Translations under genes and position numbers: made by a program
Part shown: positions 28,851 to 37,305 of the stretch, piece by piece
Position numbering within the stretch: position 1 is the stretch's first letter
Layout: every line of letters starts with the position of its first letter
Assembly: GCA_043811535.1 (NCBI GenBank)
Contig: JBDRNC010000004.1
Location: 32,001 to 96,000, forward strand
Reading direction: 5' to 3'
Origin: Elusimicrobiota bacterium
GTDB lineage: Bacteria > Elusimicrobiota > Endomicrobiia > Endomicrobiales > JBDRNC01
Length of the DNA stretch: 64,000 nucleotides
The notes under the pieces: generated by a model
Told to the model about the DNA's origin: nothing
The model's database searches: none
What the model saw: only the letters and a program-made list of their open reading frames with translations

Positions 28851-29897
28851 TCAGATTATCCGTTCTTTTGGGAGATTTTTGTTGGAAGACTGTCTCAGCA
28901 CCAGTTTGCTTTTCAATACCACGGATTTATAAGAGAAATCTTTGTTCCTGATGGCTTCAAGCAGCATTTCAGAGGCCTTTTTCCCCATTTCGAACATCGG
29001 CTGGTTCACGCTCGACAGGGGTGGGTCCGTTATCGCGCTGAAAGGCAAGTCGTCAAAACCTATGACCGCCACGTCATCCGGAATGCGCCTGTTCAGGCTC
29101 TTAAGCGCTTCCATCCCGCCGTAGGCCTGCGTGTCGCTTCCGAAAAGAATCGCGTCTATCTTCGGCTCCCTTTCCAGCAGCGTTTTCGTCGCAAGAGCCG
29201 ACTCCTTAAGATCGAACGAATGCTCGTCTTCTATCAGATACGGATCGTACGGCAGGCGCGCTTCAATGAGCGCTTTCTTGTAGCCCGCGAGGCGCAGTTC
29301 CCAGACGGCTTCATGGATCTCGCCCGGCATTACCAATCCTATTTTTCTTCTGCCTTGTTTAATAAGCGCCCTTGTCGCCCGATAGGCCGATTCTTCGTTG
29401 TCCGTCGTCACGCATTTTCCGTATGATGAGAAGTTGTTCAGTTGTACGACGGGAATGCCGCTCTTATGGAGGCGCGCGACGGTCCTGTCGGAAACCCCCA
29501 TGAACACCGCCAACAACCCGGCCAGCGACCTGTCCTGTATGACCTTATCTATAAAGCTTTCTTTCCTTACCTCGTCCGTGTACTGGCCGGACACGTTTAT
29601 GGCGTATCTTATCTGGTAAAACCCCGAATCCGACAGGACATTGTCTATGCCTTTCTGTATTTCTTTCGACAGGTATTCGCCCGCGAAGGAGAATATTATC
29701 CCTATGCTTTTCGACGCCCCGGCGAACATTCCTGTCTGCCTGGATTTTATGTACGGGAAGTATCCCATGCGGCGGGCTATCTTTTCTATCTTCCTTTTGA
29801 GGACCAGGCTTGTGCCGCCCCTGTCGTTGAGGGCCTTGGAGACCGCTCCTATTGAAACGCCCGCTTCTTTCGCTATATCCTTGATGGTTACAGACAT
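28851..29897 (-). CDS. LacI-family transcriptional regulator
   Basis: MSVTIKDIAKEAGVSIGAVSKALN HTH; IPDDVAVIGFDD..PPLSSVNQP; start moved to ATG 29897. Confidence 0.93.
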   Translation of the reverse strand: MSVTIKDIAKEAGVSIGAVSKALNDRGGTSLVLKRKIEKIARRMGYFPYIKSRQTGMFAGASKSIGIIFSFAGEYLSKEIQKGIDNVLSDSGFYQIRYAINVSGQYTDEVRKESFIDKVIQDRSLAGLLAVFMGVSDRTVARLHKSGIPVVQLNNFSSYGKCVTTDNEESAYRATRALIKQGRRKIGLVMPGEIHEAVWELRLAGYKKALIEARLPYDPYLIEDEHSFDLKESALATKTLLEREPKIDAILFGSDTQAYGGMEALKSLNRRIPDDVAVIGFDDLPFSAITDPPLSSVNQPMFEMGKKASEMLLEAIRNKDFSYKSVVLKSKLVLRQSSNKNLPKERII

Positions 29898-29979
29898 GTT
29901 TTTCCTTTCGGGAAAATATTTTCTCTTGCCTAATTGTATACCATATCTTGGCAGTTTTTTCAATAAAGGGGAGGTCAAT

Positions 29980-30021
29980 AAAGGGGACGGTTCTATTTAA
30001 TTAAATAGAACCGTCCCCTTT
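29980..30021. repeat. Perfect 42-bp palindrome (REP-like) overlapping the stop of the REC-GGDEF gene
   Basis: AAAGGGGACGGTTCTATTTAA|TTAAATAGAACCGTCCCCTTT. Confidence 0.8.
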
Positions 30022-30972
30022 TCCTTTTCTGGAATCTACGCAATATGAATTGCCTTTAATGGATTTCGCCTTTACCTTGACTTCGGTCAGCACATTTGAA
30101 GCTTCCGACCAGGAATCTACGCGCTTTACCCTGCTGTCCAAAACGCCTATTGAAACGCTCAATAATTCAAATTCCTCCGTTTCGCCTTTCCGGTTCTTGC
30201 CCTTAAAAAATCCTTGCTGAAGCTCTTTTTTTTCGTATATCAAAGTTTTTATCCTTTCAATCTCCCCAAACACCTCGTTGCACACTCCGCCGGCGTCCGC
30301 CAAGCCGCTTATCACCGCCACAAAATCGTCGCCGCCGAGATGTCCGAGAAAAAATCCGTCCTTGCACGCCCTTCTTAAAGCCCTGTCTATCGCCCCAGAA
30401 CACTCTTTTATCACTATATCGCCTTTATGCGGCCCGTAAACATCGTTATACGCCTTGAAATTGTCGCAATCTATATAGAGTATTACGAATTCTGCGCCGG
30501 ACACGGCCGCATTATTGACGGCCTGCTCAATGACGGTGTTGCCCGGCAGGCGCGTCAGCGGGTTGACACCGGACTGCGCCATGTGCTCTTCCATGACACT
30601 GTTGACAAGAGCCATCAATTCGCTCCTGTCGCCGTCCTTGGGGAAGTAGTAGGGGGTTATCCGCCTCGCTTCTATCTTATCCTTGACGGTGGTTTTCGCG
30701 GAAAGGAACACCAGCGGTATGTTCGAGAGTTTATGGTCAAGCCTTATCTCCCTGCCAAGCGCGTAGCCGTCTTTTCCGGGCATGGCGATGTCGGCCACGA
30801 TGATATCCGGCAGGCGCCCTTCAATCCCCTTCAAATACTCTAATGCCCGTTCGGGATCGGTAAATCCGGATACGCTGAAATCCCCCACCGTTTCAAAAAA
30901 TACCTTTATCTGCTCGAGCATTTCGCCGTCGTCTTCCACGACAACCATTGAATTTTTCATATCAGAGGACAT
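30001..30972 (-). CDS. Response regulator with diguanylate cyclase domain (paralog of 7204-8157)
   Basis: VVVEDD, DIAMPGKDG, NPLTRLPGN, YIDCDNFKAYNDVYG, GHLGGDDF. Confidence 0.92.
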   Translation of the reverse strand: MSSDMKNSMVVVEDDGEMLEQIKVFFETVGDFSVSGFTDPERALEYLKGIEGRLPDIIVADIAMPGKDGYALGREIRLDHKLSNIPLVFLSAKTTVKDKIEARRITPYYFPKDGDRSELMALVNSVMEEHMAQSGVNPLTRLPGNTVIEQAVNNAAVSGAEFVILYIDCDNFKAYNDVYGPHKGDIVIKECSGAIDRALRRACKDGFFLGHLGGDDFVAVISGLADAGGVCNEVFGEIERIKTLIYEKKELQQGFFKGKNRKGETEEFELLSVSIGVLDSRVKRVDSWSEASNVLTEVKVKAKSIKGNSYCVDSRKGKGDGSI

Positions 30973-32353
30973 GGTTCCCTTTCAGGATAAAAATAAAGGC
31001 GCTCCCGTTTCCGTGTTTTGATTCCGCCCATATCTTTCCGCCGTGCAGCTCTATTATCTCCCTGCATATTGAAAGTCCCAGGCCGGTCCCGGATTTTTTC
31101 TTATCCGCGCGCGCCGGGTCGCCGCTTTGGACGAATCTCCTGAATATGAGTGTCAGCTCGTCTTCGCTGACACCGGGGCCGGTATCCCTTACTTCGCACC
31201 TTATCCCGCCGTTTTCCGCCTTCACTTCCACGAGGATCCTACCGGATTCCGGAGTGAACTTTACGGCGTTGCTTATCAGATTCATCAGGACCCTTCTGAT
31301 CGCCTCTATATCGCATTTAATCCCTGAATTTTCCCGCGCGCCTATTATTGTCAGCTCTATCTTCTTTTCTGCCGCCACCTGCTGGTTTAAATTTACCGCT
31401 TCGTGCGCGATATCGTAAAGGTTCTCCTCCGCGATGTCCAATTCAAACCTTCCCGCCTTGATCTTCGCAGTATCAAGCATGTTATTGACAAAATTTGACA
31501 ACCTGTCGGCCGCCTTGGCGATATTTTTGATGAATCCGGCCTGTTCGGCGCCGAGTTCGCCGTGCTTTTTAGTCAGCAGCACCGCGACATACGTTTTTAT
31601 GATGCCAAGCGGGCTTCTCAGGTCGTGCGAGACGTTATTTACGAACTCGTCTTTCATCTCGTCAATTACTTTCAGTTTTCCGACCATCTCTTTGACGGCC
31701 TTAGTGACCCGCGCCACCTCATCTTTTCCCCTCGGCTCAAGCTTTATTTCAAGGTTTCCCGCGCCCACTTCAGCGGATTCGCGCGCGAGTTTTACCAGAG
31801 GCTTCGCTATACCGAGCGCGATCACCAGCCCGGACAGCATGCCTATCAGAAGCCCTGTCAGCGCGATCCAAACGATTTTACCCGCGACCTCATGGAGCGA
31901 TCTCCTCGCGTCCTGCTCTATTGTTTCCCTGTCATATCTCACCAGCATCTTGCCTAGCGGGTTCTTTTTCACTGTTGACTTGACATCCATGTCAAACGCG
32001 AGAAAGTCCCGCGCCTGTTCCGCGGAAACTTCCTTCGGGCTGAAAAACCGGCCTATCCTGTCGCTGTCGGTGTCGGCAACCACAAAACCGTTTTTATCCG
32101 CAAGGGTTATCCCGCGCAGCGAAGAATCGGAAGATTTCATCTTTTTGATGTAATTCATTATGGGCACGAAATCGCTCGCTTCCATGTTATCCGCGACGAC
32201 TATCGCCATTTTCCTCAGGTCCTCACGTTTCATTTCCATGGCGCTGCGGTACTGTATATTCTTCGTGTAAACGTAAAAAAGCGCCCCCGCCGGGCCCGCC
32301 ACAAGCAAGCCGACCATGAACATCGCCATGACAAGCTTTGTTTTTATGCTCAT
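30962..32353 (-). CDS. Membrane sensor histidine kinase (paralog of 8539-9939)
   Basis: Shared AIVVADNMEASDFVPI segment, HAMP, SHDLRSP, NLISNAVKF, GTGLGLSI. Confidence 0.95.
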   Translation of the reverse strand: MSIKTKLVMAMFMVGLLVAGPAGALFYVYTKNIQYRSAMEMKREDLRKMAIVVADNMEASDFVPIMNYIKKMKSSDSSLRGITLADKNGFVVADTDSDRIGRFFSPKEVSAEQARDFLAFDMDVKSTVKKNPLGKMLVRYDRETIEQDARRSLHEVAGKIVWIALTGLLIGMLSGLVIALGIAKPLVKLARESAEVGAGNLEIKLEPRGKDEVARVTKAVKEMVGKLKVIDEMKDEFVNNVSHDLRSPLGIIKTYVAVLLTKKHGELGAEQAGFIKNIAKAADRLSNFVNNMLDTAKIKAGRFELDIAEENLYDIAHEAVNLNQQVAAEKKIELTIIGARENSGIKCDIEAIRRVLMNLISNAVKFTPESGRILVEVKAENGGIRCEVRDTGPGVSEDELTLIFRRFVQSGDPARADKKKSGTGLGLSICREIIELHGGKIWAESKHGNGSAFIFILKGNHVL

Positions 32354-32448
32354 TTCAAGATTTTCTTCCTTTTATTCCAGGTTTGTCAGGGTTATTGATT
32401 TTTCACGCTTCCAGAGACTGATTAGGTGGGCTGCGTTGCGGCAGAAAG

Positions 32449-35193
32449 CTACTTCTTTTTCGCGATCTTTAGGAACAGTTCAATTATTTTAGGGTCAAAC
32501 TGTTTCCCGGCTTCCTGCTTTATCATTTTCAACGCTTCTTTTTTAGAATACGCTTTTCTGTAGGGCCTGGCGGACGTAAGCGCCTGGTAGACATCCGCGA
32601 CCGCCACTATCCTTGCCCCTACCGGTATCTCCTGGCCTTTCAGCTTGTTCGGATAGCCTTTCCCGTCCCATCTTTCATGGTGATAGATAATATGCGGTAT
32701 CAGGGCGTGCAGGTGCTGTATCGGCCTGAGAATGTCCGCGGCTATCTGAGGGTGCTTTTTTATCTCTTCAAACTCTTCTTTTGTCAGTTTTGCTTTTTTC
32801 AGGAGTATCTTTTCGCTGATGCCTATCTTTCCCAGATCATGGAGTATCGCCGCCTGCTTGACCGATTCCACATCTTGTCTCGGCAGTTTCATGCGGACGG
32901 CGATTTCAGTGGCGTACTTGACGGTCTTTTCAGTATGCACTCCCGTCTGATAATCTTTCAATTCAAGCGTCTTGGCGAATGCGAATATCGCTTCGATAAG
33001 GCTCTGGTTCGCCCTTTTATTGAGCTTGTCTATTTTATCTTTCAGCACTTTCACGTCTTCGTCATTTTCTGCCAACTTTTTCTTATCCCGCGTGTCATCC
33101 GTGGAGTACACCGTATTGCCGCCGAATTCTTTCACTTTATTCAACACATGGTCGGCCTTGCTGACCAGGTCCATCCCTTTCGCGCAAGCATCTTCGGGGC
33201 ATGAAACGACCGCCATGCTGATCTTCAGTTTTACCTTATGGCTCTTGTTCCCGAAATTCGTGAAATTGAGCGAGTCAAGAAGCCTCTGCGACATTTTCAT
33301 CGCGCCCGACCGGTTTACCCCCGGCGAAACAATGACAAATTCTTCCCCTCCGTACCTTATCAGCACGTCAGACTTGCGCATGAAACTCTGAAGATATTTC
33401 CCGAACTGCTTCAGCACAAGGTCGCCGAACTGGTGGCCGTAGACGTCATTGAGAGACTTGAAGTAATCAATGTCCATCATTACTACGGACAGCGGGTGGA
33501 CGTTCCTCCTGCATTTATGGAATTCAACTTCAATTATATCTTCAAGATACCTGAAATTATAGAGACCCGTGTGCGGGTCCCGCAATGCCAGGCGTTCAAG
33601 CTTCTTATTGGTCCTAACGAGATCCTTGTACAGCTCTTTCAGCTTCTCTTCCGATTTTTTCCTTTCGGTTATATCCCTGATGACGACAATCGCGGACGGC
33701 TTGCCCTGGAAAACAAGCCCCATTCCCGTTACTTCGGTGTCTATGACCCTGCCGTCAATCCTGATAAATTTTTCCTCTACCGAGGGGAGCGGTTTCTGCT
33801 GCTCGTACATTATTTTTGTTCTCTGCAGGGCCAACTGAATTGAATCCGGATGGATATAATCCTTTATGGACCTGCCGATGATCTCCTCCGGGGACTTGGC
33901 GCCTACGGATTCCGCCCCCTTTTGATTTATAAAAACCACCTTCCCTCCGCTGTGGACCACTACAGCATCGGGAAGCAGCTGCACCAGACTTTTATAGCGT
34001 TCCTCGCTCTCGCGAAGAGACGTCTCTTTCTGTTTTTGCTCCGTGATATCGCGTATAGCGACAATGACCGAAGGCTTACCCTGATACTGCAGGCCCGCTG
34101 CCGCAACCTCAACGTCAATGATCTTCCCGTCCAGACGGAGGAATTTTTCCTCCATTGCCGGGACCTTTTCGCCGGATTCATACATGACTTTCGTTCTCTG
34201 AATCACGGCCTGCCTGTAATCCGGATGGACAAAGTCAAGGACAGGTTTTCCGATCACTTCCTCGGGTGAATCAGCGCCGATAGTTTTTGCCCCCGCCGCG
34301 TTAATATAAACGATTTTCCCTTCGCTGTGGACAACGATCGCCTCGGGAGTTATCTGCACCAGCTTCTTATAACGTTCCTCGCTTTCCTGAAGAGACGTAT
34401 CCTTCTGTTTTTGCTCCGTGATGTCAAACACATAGCCGTCGTAATAGATTATCTTGTCATCCTGGTCCCTGATAACACAGGTATGGTCGTAAATGTGCCT
34501 TACTCCCCTTTTTCTGTCCAAGATCCTGTAGAACTGGTCGAAAGACATAACCCCTTTTTCAGAATTATCCTTCACCTCCGAAGCGACCCTGTCCATGTCG
34601 TCGGGATGCACTATCTTGCTGTATAGCACCTTTCCGCTTAAAAATTCTTCCGGGCGGTACCCGAACTGTATGACGTTAGGCGAAACATACTCAACCGGCC
34701 AGTTTTCCGCGGCGACCCACCTGAAAACGACCACCGGCCCTTTGAAAAACATCTTATGCTCCCAAATCAGTCTTTCTTCATTCTTGCGCAGCTCGTCTTC
34801 CGTAAGCTTGTATTCGGTAATATCATGCACTTGGAGCAGATACCCCAACAGGGTCTTTTCATAATCTGCAAAAAGCGGCACCAGATAGTATTCTATGAAT
34901 ATGCGTCCGGTTTTATTAGTTCCGAAAATATTAAGTTCCTTAATCTTGACAAAATCAATCTCGGTTTTTTTCCTTATCCTTTCGCCTTTTAACAATTTCT
35001 TCCTGGTTTCTTCCAATAACATGGGATTTTCAAACAGGGATATATTCATCAAAGGCGAACTGTCGGTAATCCCGAGCATGTCAATTAACGCCTTGTTTAT
35101 TTTTATCAGCTTGCCGCTCGGATCGAACAGCAGGACTCCGACGAATGATTCGTCAAACATCCTGGATAGTTTTTGAAGCTCCAGATCAGCCAT
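32449..35193 (-). CDS. PAS x4 - GGDEF - HD-GYP c-di-GMP turnover protein
   Basis: Four PAS domains ending in DITE; DPHTGLYN, RKSD..RYGGEEF; HDLGK, HHERWDGKGYP. Confidence 0.93.
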   Translation of the reverse strand: MADLELQKLSRMFDESFVGVLLFDPSGKLIKINKALIDMLGITDSSPLMNISLFENPMLLEETRKKLLKGERIRKKTEIDFVKIKELNIFGTNKTGRIFIEYYLVPLFADYEKTLLGYLLQVHDITEYKLTEDELRKNEERLIWEHKMFFKGPVVVFRWVAAENWPVEYVSPNVIQFGYRPEEFLSGKVLYSKIVHPDDMDRVASEVKDNSEKGVMSFDQFYRILDRKRGVRHIYDHTCVIRDQDDKIIYYDGYVFDITEQKQKDTSLQESEERYKKLVQITPEAIVVHSEGKIVYINAAGAKTIGADSPEEVIGKPVLDFVHPDYRQAVIQRTKVMYESGEKVPAMEEKFLRLDGKIIDVEVAAAGLQYQGKPSVIVAIRDITEQKQKETSLRESEERYKSLVQLLPDAVVVHSGGKVVFINQKGAESVGAKSPEEIIGRSIKDYIHPDSIQLALQRTKIMYEQQKPLPSVEEKFIRIDGRVIDTEVTGMGLVFQGKPSAIVVIRDITERKKSEEKLKELYKDLVRTNKKLERLALRDPHTGLYNFRYLEDIIEVEFHKCRRNVHPLSVVMMDIDYFKSLNDVYGHQFGDLVLKQFGKYLQSFMRKSDVLIRYGGEEFVIVSPGVNRSGAMKMSQRLLDSLNFTNFGNKSHKVKLKISMAVVSCPEDACAKGMDLVSKADHVLNKVKEFGGNTVYSTDDTRDKKKLAENDEDVKVLKDKIDKLNKRANQSLIEAIFAFAKTLELKDYQTGVHTEKTVKYATEIAVRMKLPRQDVESVKQAAILHDLGKIGISEKILLKKAKLTKEEFEEIKKHPQIAADILRPIQHLHALIPHIIYHHERWDGKGYPNKLKGQEIPVGARIVAVADVYQALTSARPYRKAYSKKEALKMIKQEAGKQFDPKIIELFLKIAKKK

Positions 35194-35215
35194 GACTCCC
35201 TTATAAAAAATGCGT

Positions 35216-35336
35216 AAAAAATCCGCGCCCCGTCAAAAACGGGCGCGGTCAATATCCGGCGCAAGCGGAATGATGATTGTTTCAGGCTTACTTGGGTCCA
35301 TGAAAATATAGTACAACTTTCAATGTTTTATGTCAA
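35216..35336 (-). promoter_or_regulatory. Promoter + 5' leader with terminator hairpin (possible attenuator)
   Basis: TTGACA-17-TACTAT (35336-35308); 22-codon ORF 35301-35233; hairpin CCGCGCCC..GGGCGCGG then ATTTTTT before the RBS. Confidence 0.5.
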
Positions 35337-35347
35337 ACCATACTACG

Positions 35348-35537
35348 ATTACACTAAACGACGATTACATAGATTACGAAAGACGATTACACAGAAACAA
35401 CGATGGGACTGAATCCGTGTAATCTCATTTATAATCACTGTAATCTTTGTTATTAATCTGTGAAATCTTTGTTAACAATCGGTGTAATCTTCGTTATTAA
35501 TCTGTGAAATCTTAGTTAATAATCGGTGTAATCTTAG
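35348..35537. repeat. Inverted arrays of GATTACAC / AATCnGTGTAATCT repeats
   Basis: Four GATTAC units (35348-35395) face six 21-22-bp tandem units AATCnnTGwAATCT (35412-35537). Confidence 0.8.
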
Positions 35538-35560
35538 TTCCGAAGAAATTGCGAAGTTGT

Positions 35561-35589
35561 TTGACAAAAGCCCATTTTTAACGTAAAAT
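35561..35589 (+). promoter_or_regulatory. Sigma-70 promoter for the GH13 gene
   Basis: TTGACA-17 bp-TAAAAT. Confidence 0.7.
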
Positions 35590-35690
35590 TTCCCAAAAGT
35601 GCCCTGTAAGACAGTTCGTAGCTCGTAGTTCATTGTTTATGATAACTGTTAATTGGTAATTGTTAATTGAAAAAAGAGGTGCATTCACAA

Positions 35691-37274
35691 ATGAAAAATC
35701 CCGATTGGCTCAAGGACGCTATTTTTTACCAGATCTACCCCCAGAGTTTTTACGACTCTAACAAAGACGGTATAGGCGACATCCCCGGCATTATACAAAA
35801 ACTTGACTATATCAAGTCCACCGGCTGCAACGCGATATGGCTGAACCCGTGTTTTGTCTCCCCTTTCAAGGACGCCGGTTACGATATCGCGGATTACTAC
35901 AAGGTAGACCCGAGATACGGCACCAACGCCGACCTGAAGCGCCTTTTCAGGACAGCAAAGTCAAAAGGGCTCAGAGTCCTGCTAGACCTGGTTCCGGGCC
36001 ATACCTCTATCGACTGTCCGTGGTTCGCGGAATCCTGCAAGGCGGAAAGGAACAAATACAGCGACTGGTACATCTGGACAGACAGCATATGGAACAACAC
36101 CGGCGGTAAACTGAACGCCATTGGCGGGTACGCCGAAAGAGACGCGCAGTATATCACTAATTTCTTCTATATACAGCCCGCTTTGAATTTCGGCTTCGCC
36201 AAACCCGACCCTAAATGCCGCTGGCAGCAGCCCGTGGACGCTCCGGGCCCTAAAATGGTCAGGAATGAAATGAAAAAGATAATGCGTTTCTGGTTGGACA
36301 TGGGCGCGGACGGTTTCCGCGTAGACATGGCGCCATCGCTCGTAAAGTTCGATCATAACGGCAAGATTGTATCTGAATTCTGGCGGGATGTCAGAAAAAT
36401 GCTGGACAGGGAATATCCTGATGCCGCGATAGTTTCGGAATGGGGCGACCCGCCGAAGGCACTCAAGGCCGGTTTTCACATGGATTTCCTGCTTCACTTC
36501 GGGGTTTCCCCAAAAGGCTACCTGCCTCTCTTCAGAAGGCAGGAAAAAAGCTTCTTCAGCAGGCACTCAAAGGGCAACATAATGGAGTTCCTGAATTACT
36601 ACATGGGGGTATACCGCGCCACGAAGAAAGACGGCTACATCTGCATACCCTCCGGCAACCACGACATGTCCAGGTTGAATGATAACTTTACTAAAAGGGA
36701 ACTTGAGATAATCCTTGTTTTCCTCTTCACGATGCCCGGCGTCCCGTTCTTCTATTACGGCGACGAGATCGGGATGAAATATCTCGGCAAAACGCCGTCT
36801 AAGGAAGGCGGTTACGGGCGCACCGGCTCAAGAACGCCTATGCAATGGTCGTCCGCTAAAAACGCGGGCTTCTCTTCGGCCCCCTCAAGCAAGCTCTACC
36901 TGCCCATAGACAAGGACAAGAACCGGCCCACCGTTGAAAAACAGGAGAACGATCCCGATTCGCTGCTGAACGAGTTCCGGACGCTGGCAAAGTTACGGAA
37001 ATCAAACGCCGCGCTTCAGGCCGACGGCGAATTCATCCTGCTCCACGCCAAGGAAAAAAGCTATCCCTTCATTTACATGAGAAAAAATAGCGGAAAAACC
37101 TTCGTCATTGCCCTGAATCCGTCAAAATATGAATTGAATGTTCCGCTCAACGGTAGGAAAATTAACGGCAGTCTTAGAGAAAAGCTTGTTTCAAAGACGA
37201 GTCTTGTTACCAAAAGCAACGTTTACGAACTTCAAATGCAGCCCCAATCCTACGCCATATACGAAGTGATTTAA
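35691..37274 (+). CDS. Alpha-amylase family glycosidase (GH13)
   Basis: FYQIYPQSFYDSNKDGIGD, DAGYDIADY, DLVPGH, DGFRVD, SEW, NHD, YYGDEIGM, RTPMQW; ATG 35691 with GAGGTG RBS. Confidence 0.93.
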   Translation: MKNPDWLKDAIFYQIYPQSFYDSNKDGIGDIPGIIQKLDYIKSTGCNAIWLNPCFVSPFKDAGYDIADYYKVDPRYGTNADLKRLFRTAKSKGLRVLLDLVPGHTSIDCPWFAESCKAERNKYSDWYIWTDSIWNNTGGKLNAIGGYAERDAQYITNFFYIQPALNFGFAKPDPKCRWQQPVDAPGPKMVRNEMKKIMRFWLDMGADGFRVDMAPSLVKFDHNGKIVSEFWRDVRKMLDREYPDAAIVSEWGDPPKALKAGFHMDFLLHFGVSPKGYLPLFRRQEKSFFSRHSKGNIMEFLNYYMGVYRATKKDGYICIPSGNHDMSRLNDNFTKRELEIILVFLFTMPGVPFFYYGDEIGMKYLGKTPSKEGGYGRTGSRTPMQWSSAKNAGFSSAPSSKLYLPIDKDKNRPTVEKQENDPDSLLNEFRTLAKLRKSNAALQADGEFILLHAKEKSYPFIYMRKNSGKTFVIALNPSKYELNVPLNGRKINGSLREKLVSKTSLVTKSNVYELQMQPQSYAIYEVI

Positions 37275-37305
37275 CGGTCTTTCCCGTACTGGAGTTGAAA
37301 AACGG

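Noticed and set aside
35412..35537. CRISPR array
   Set aside because: Units are 21-22-bp degenerate tandem repeats with no unique 25-45-bp spacers, and there are no cas genes
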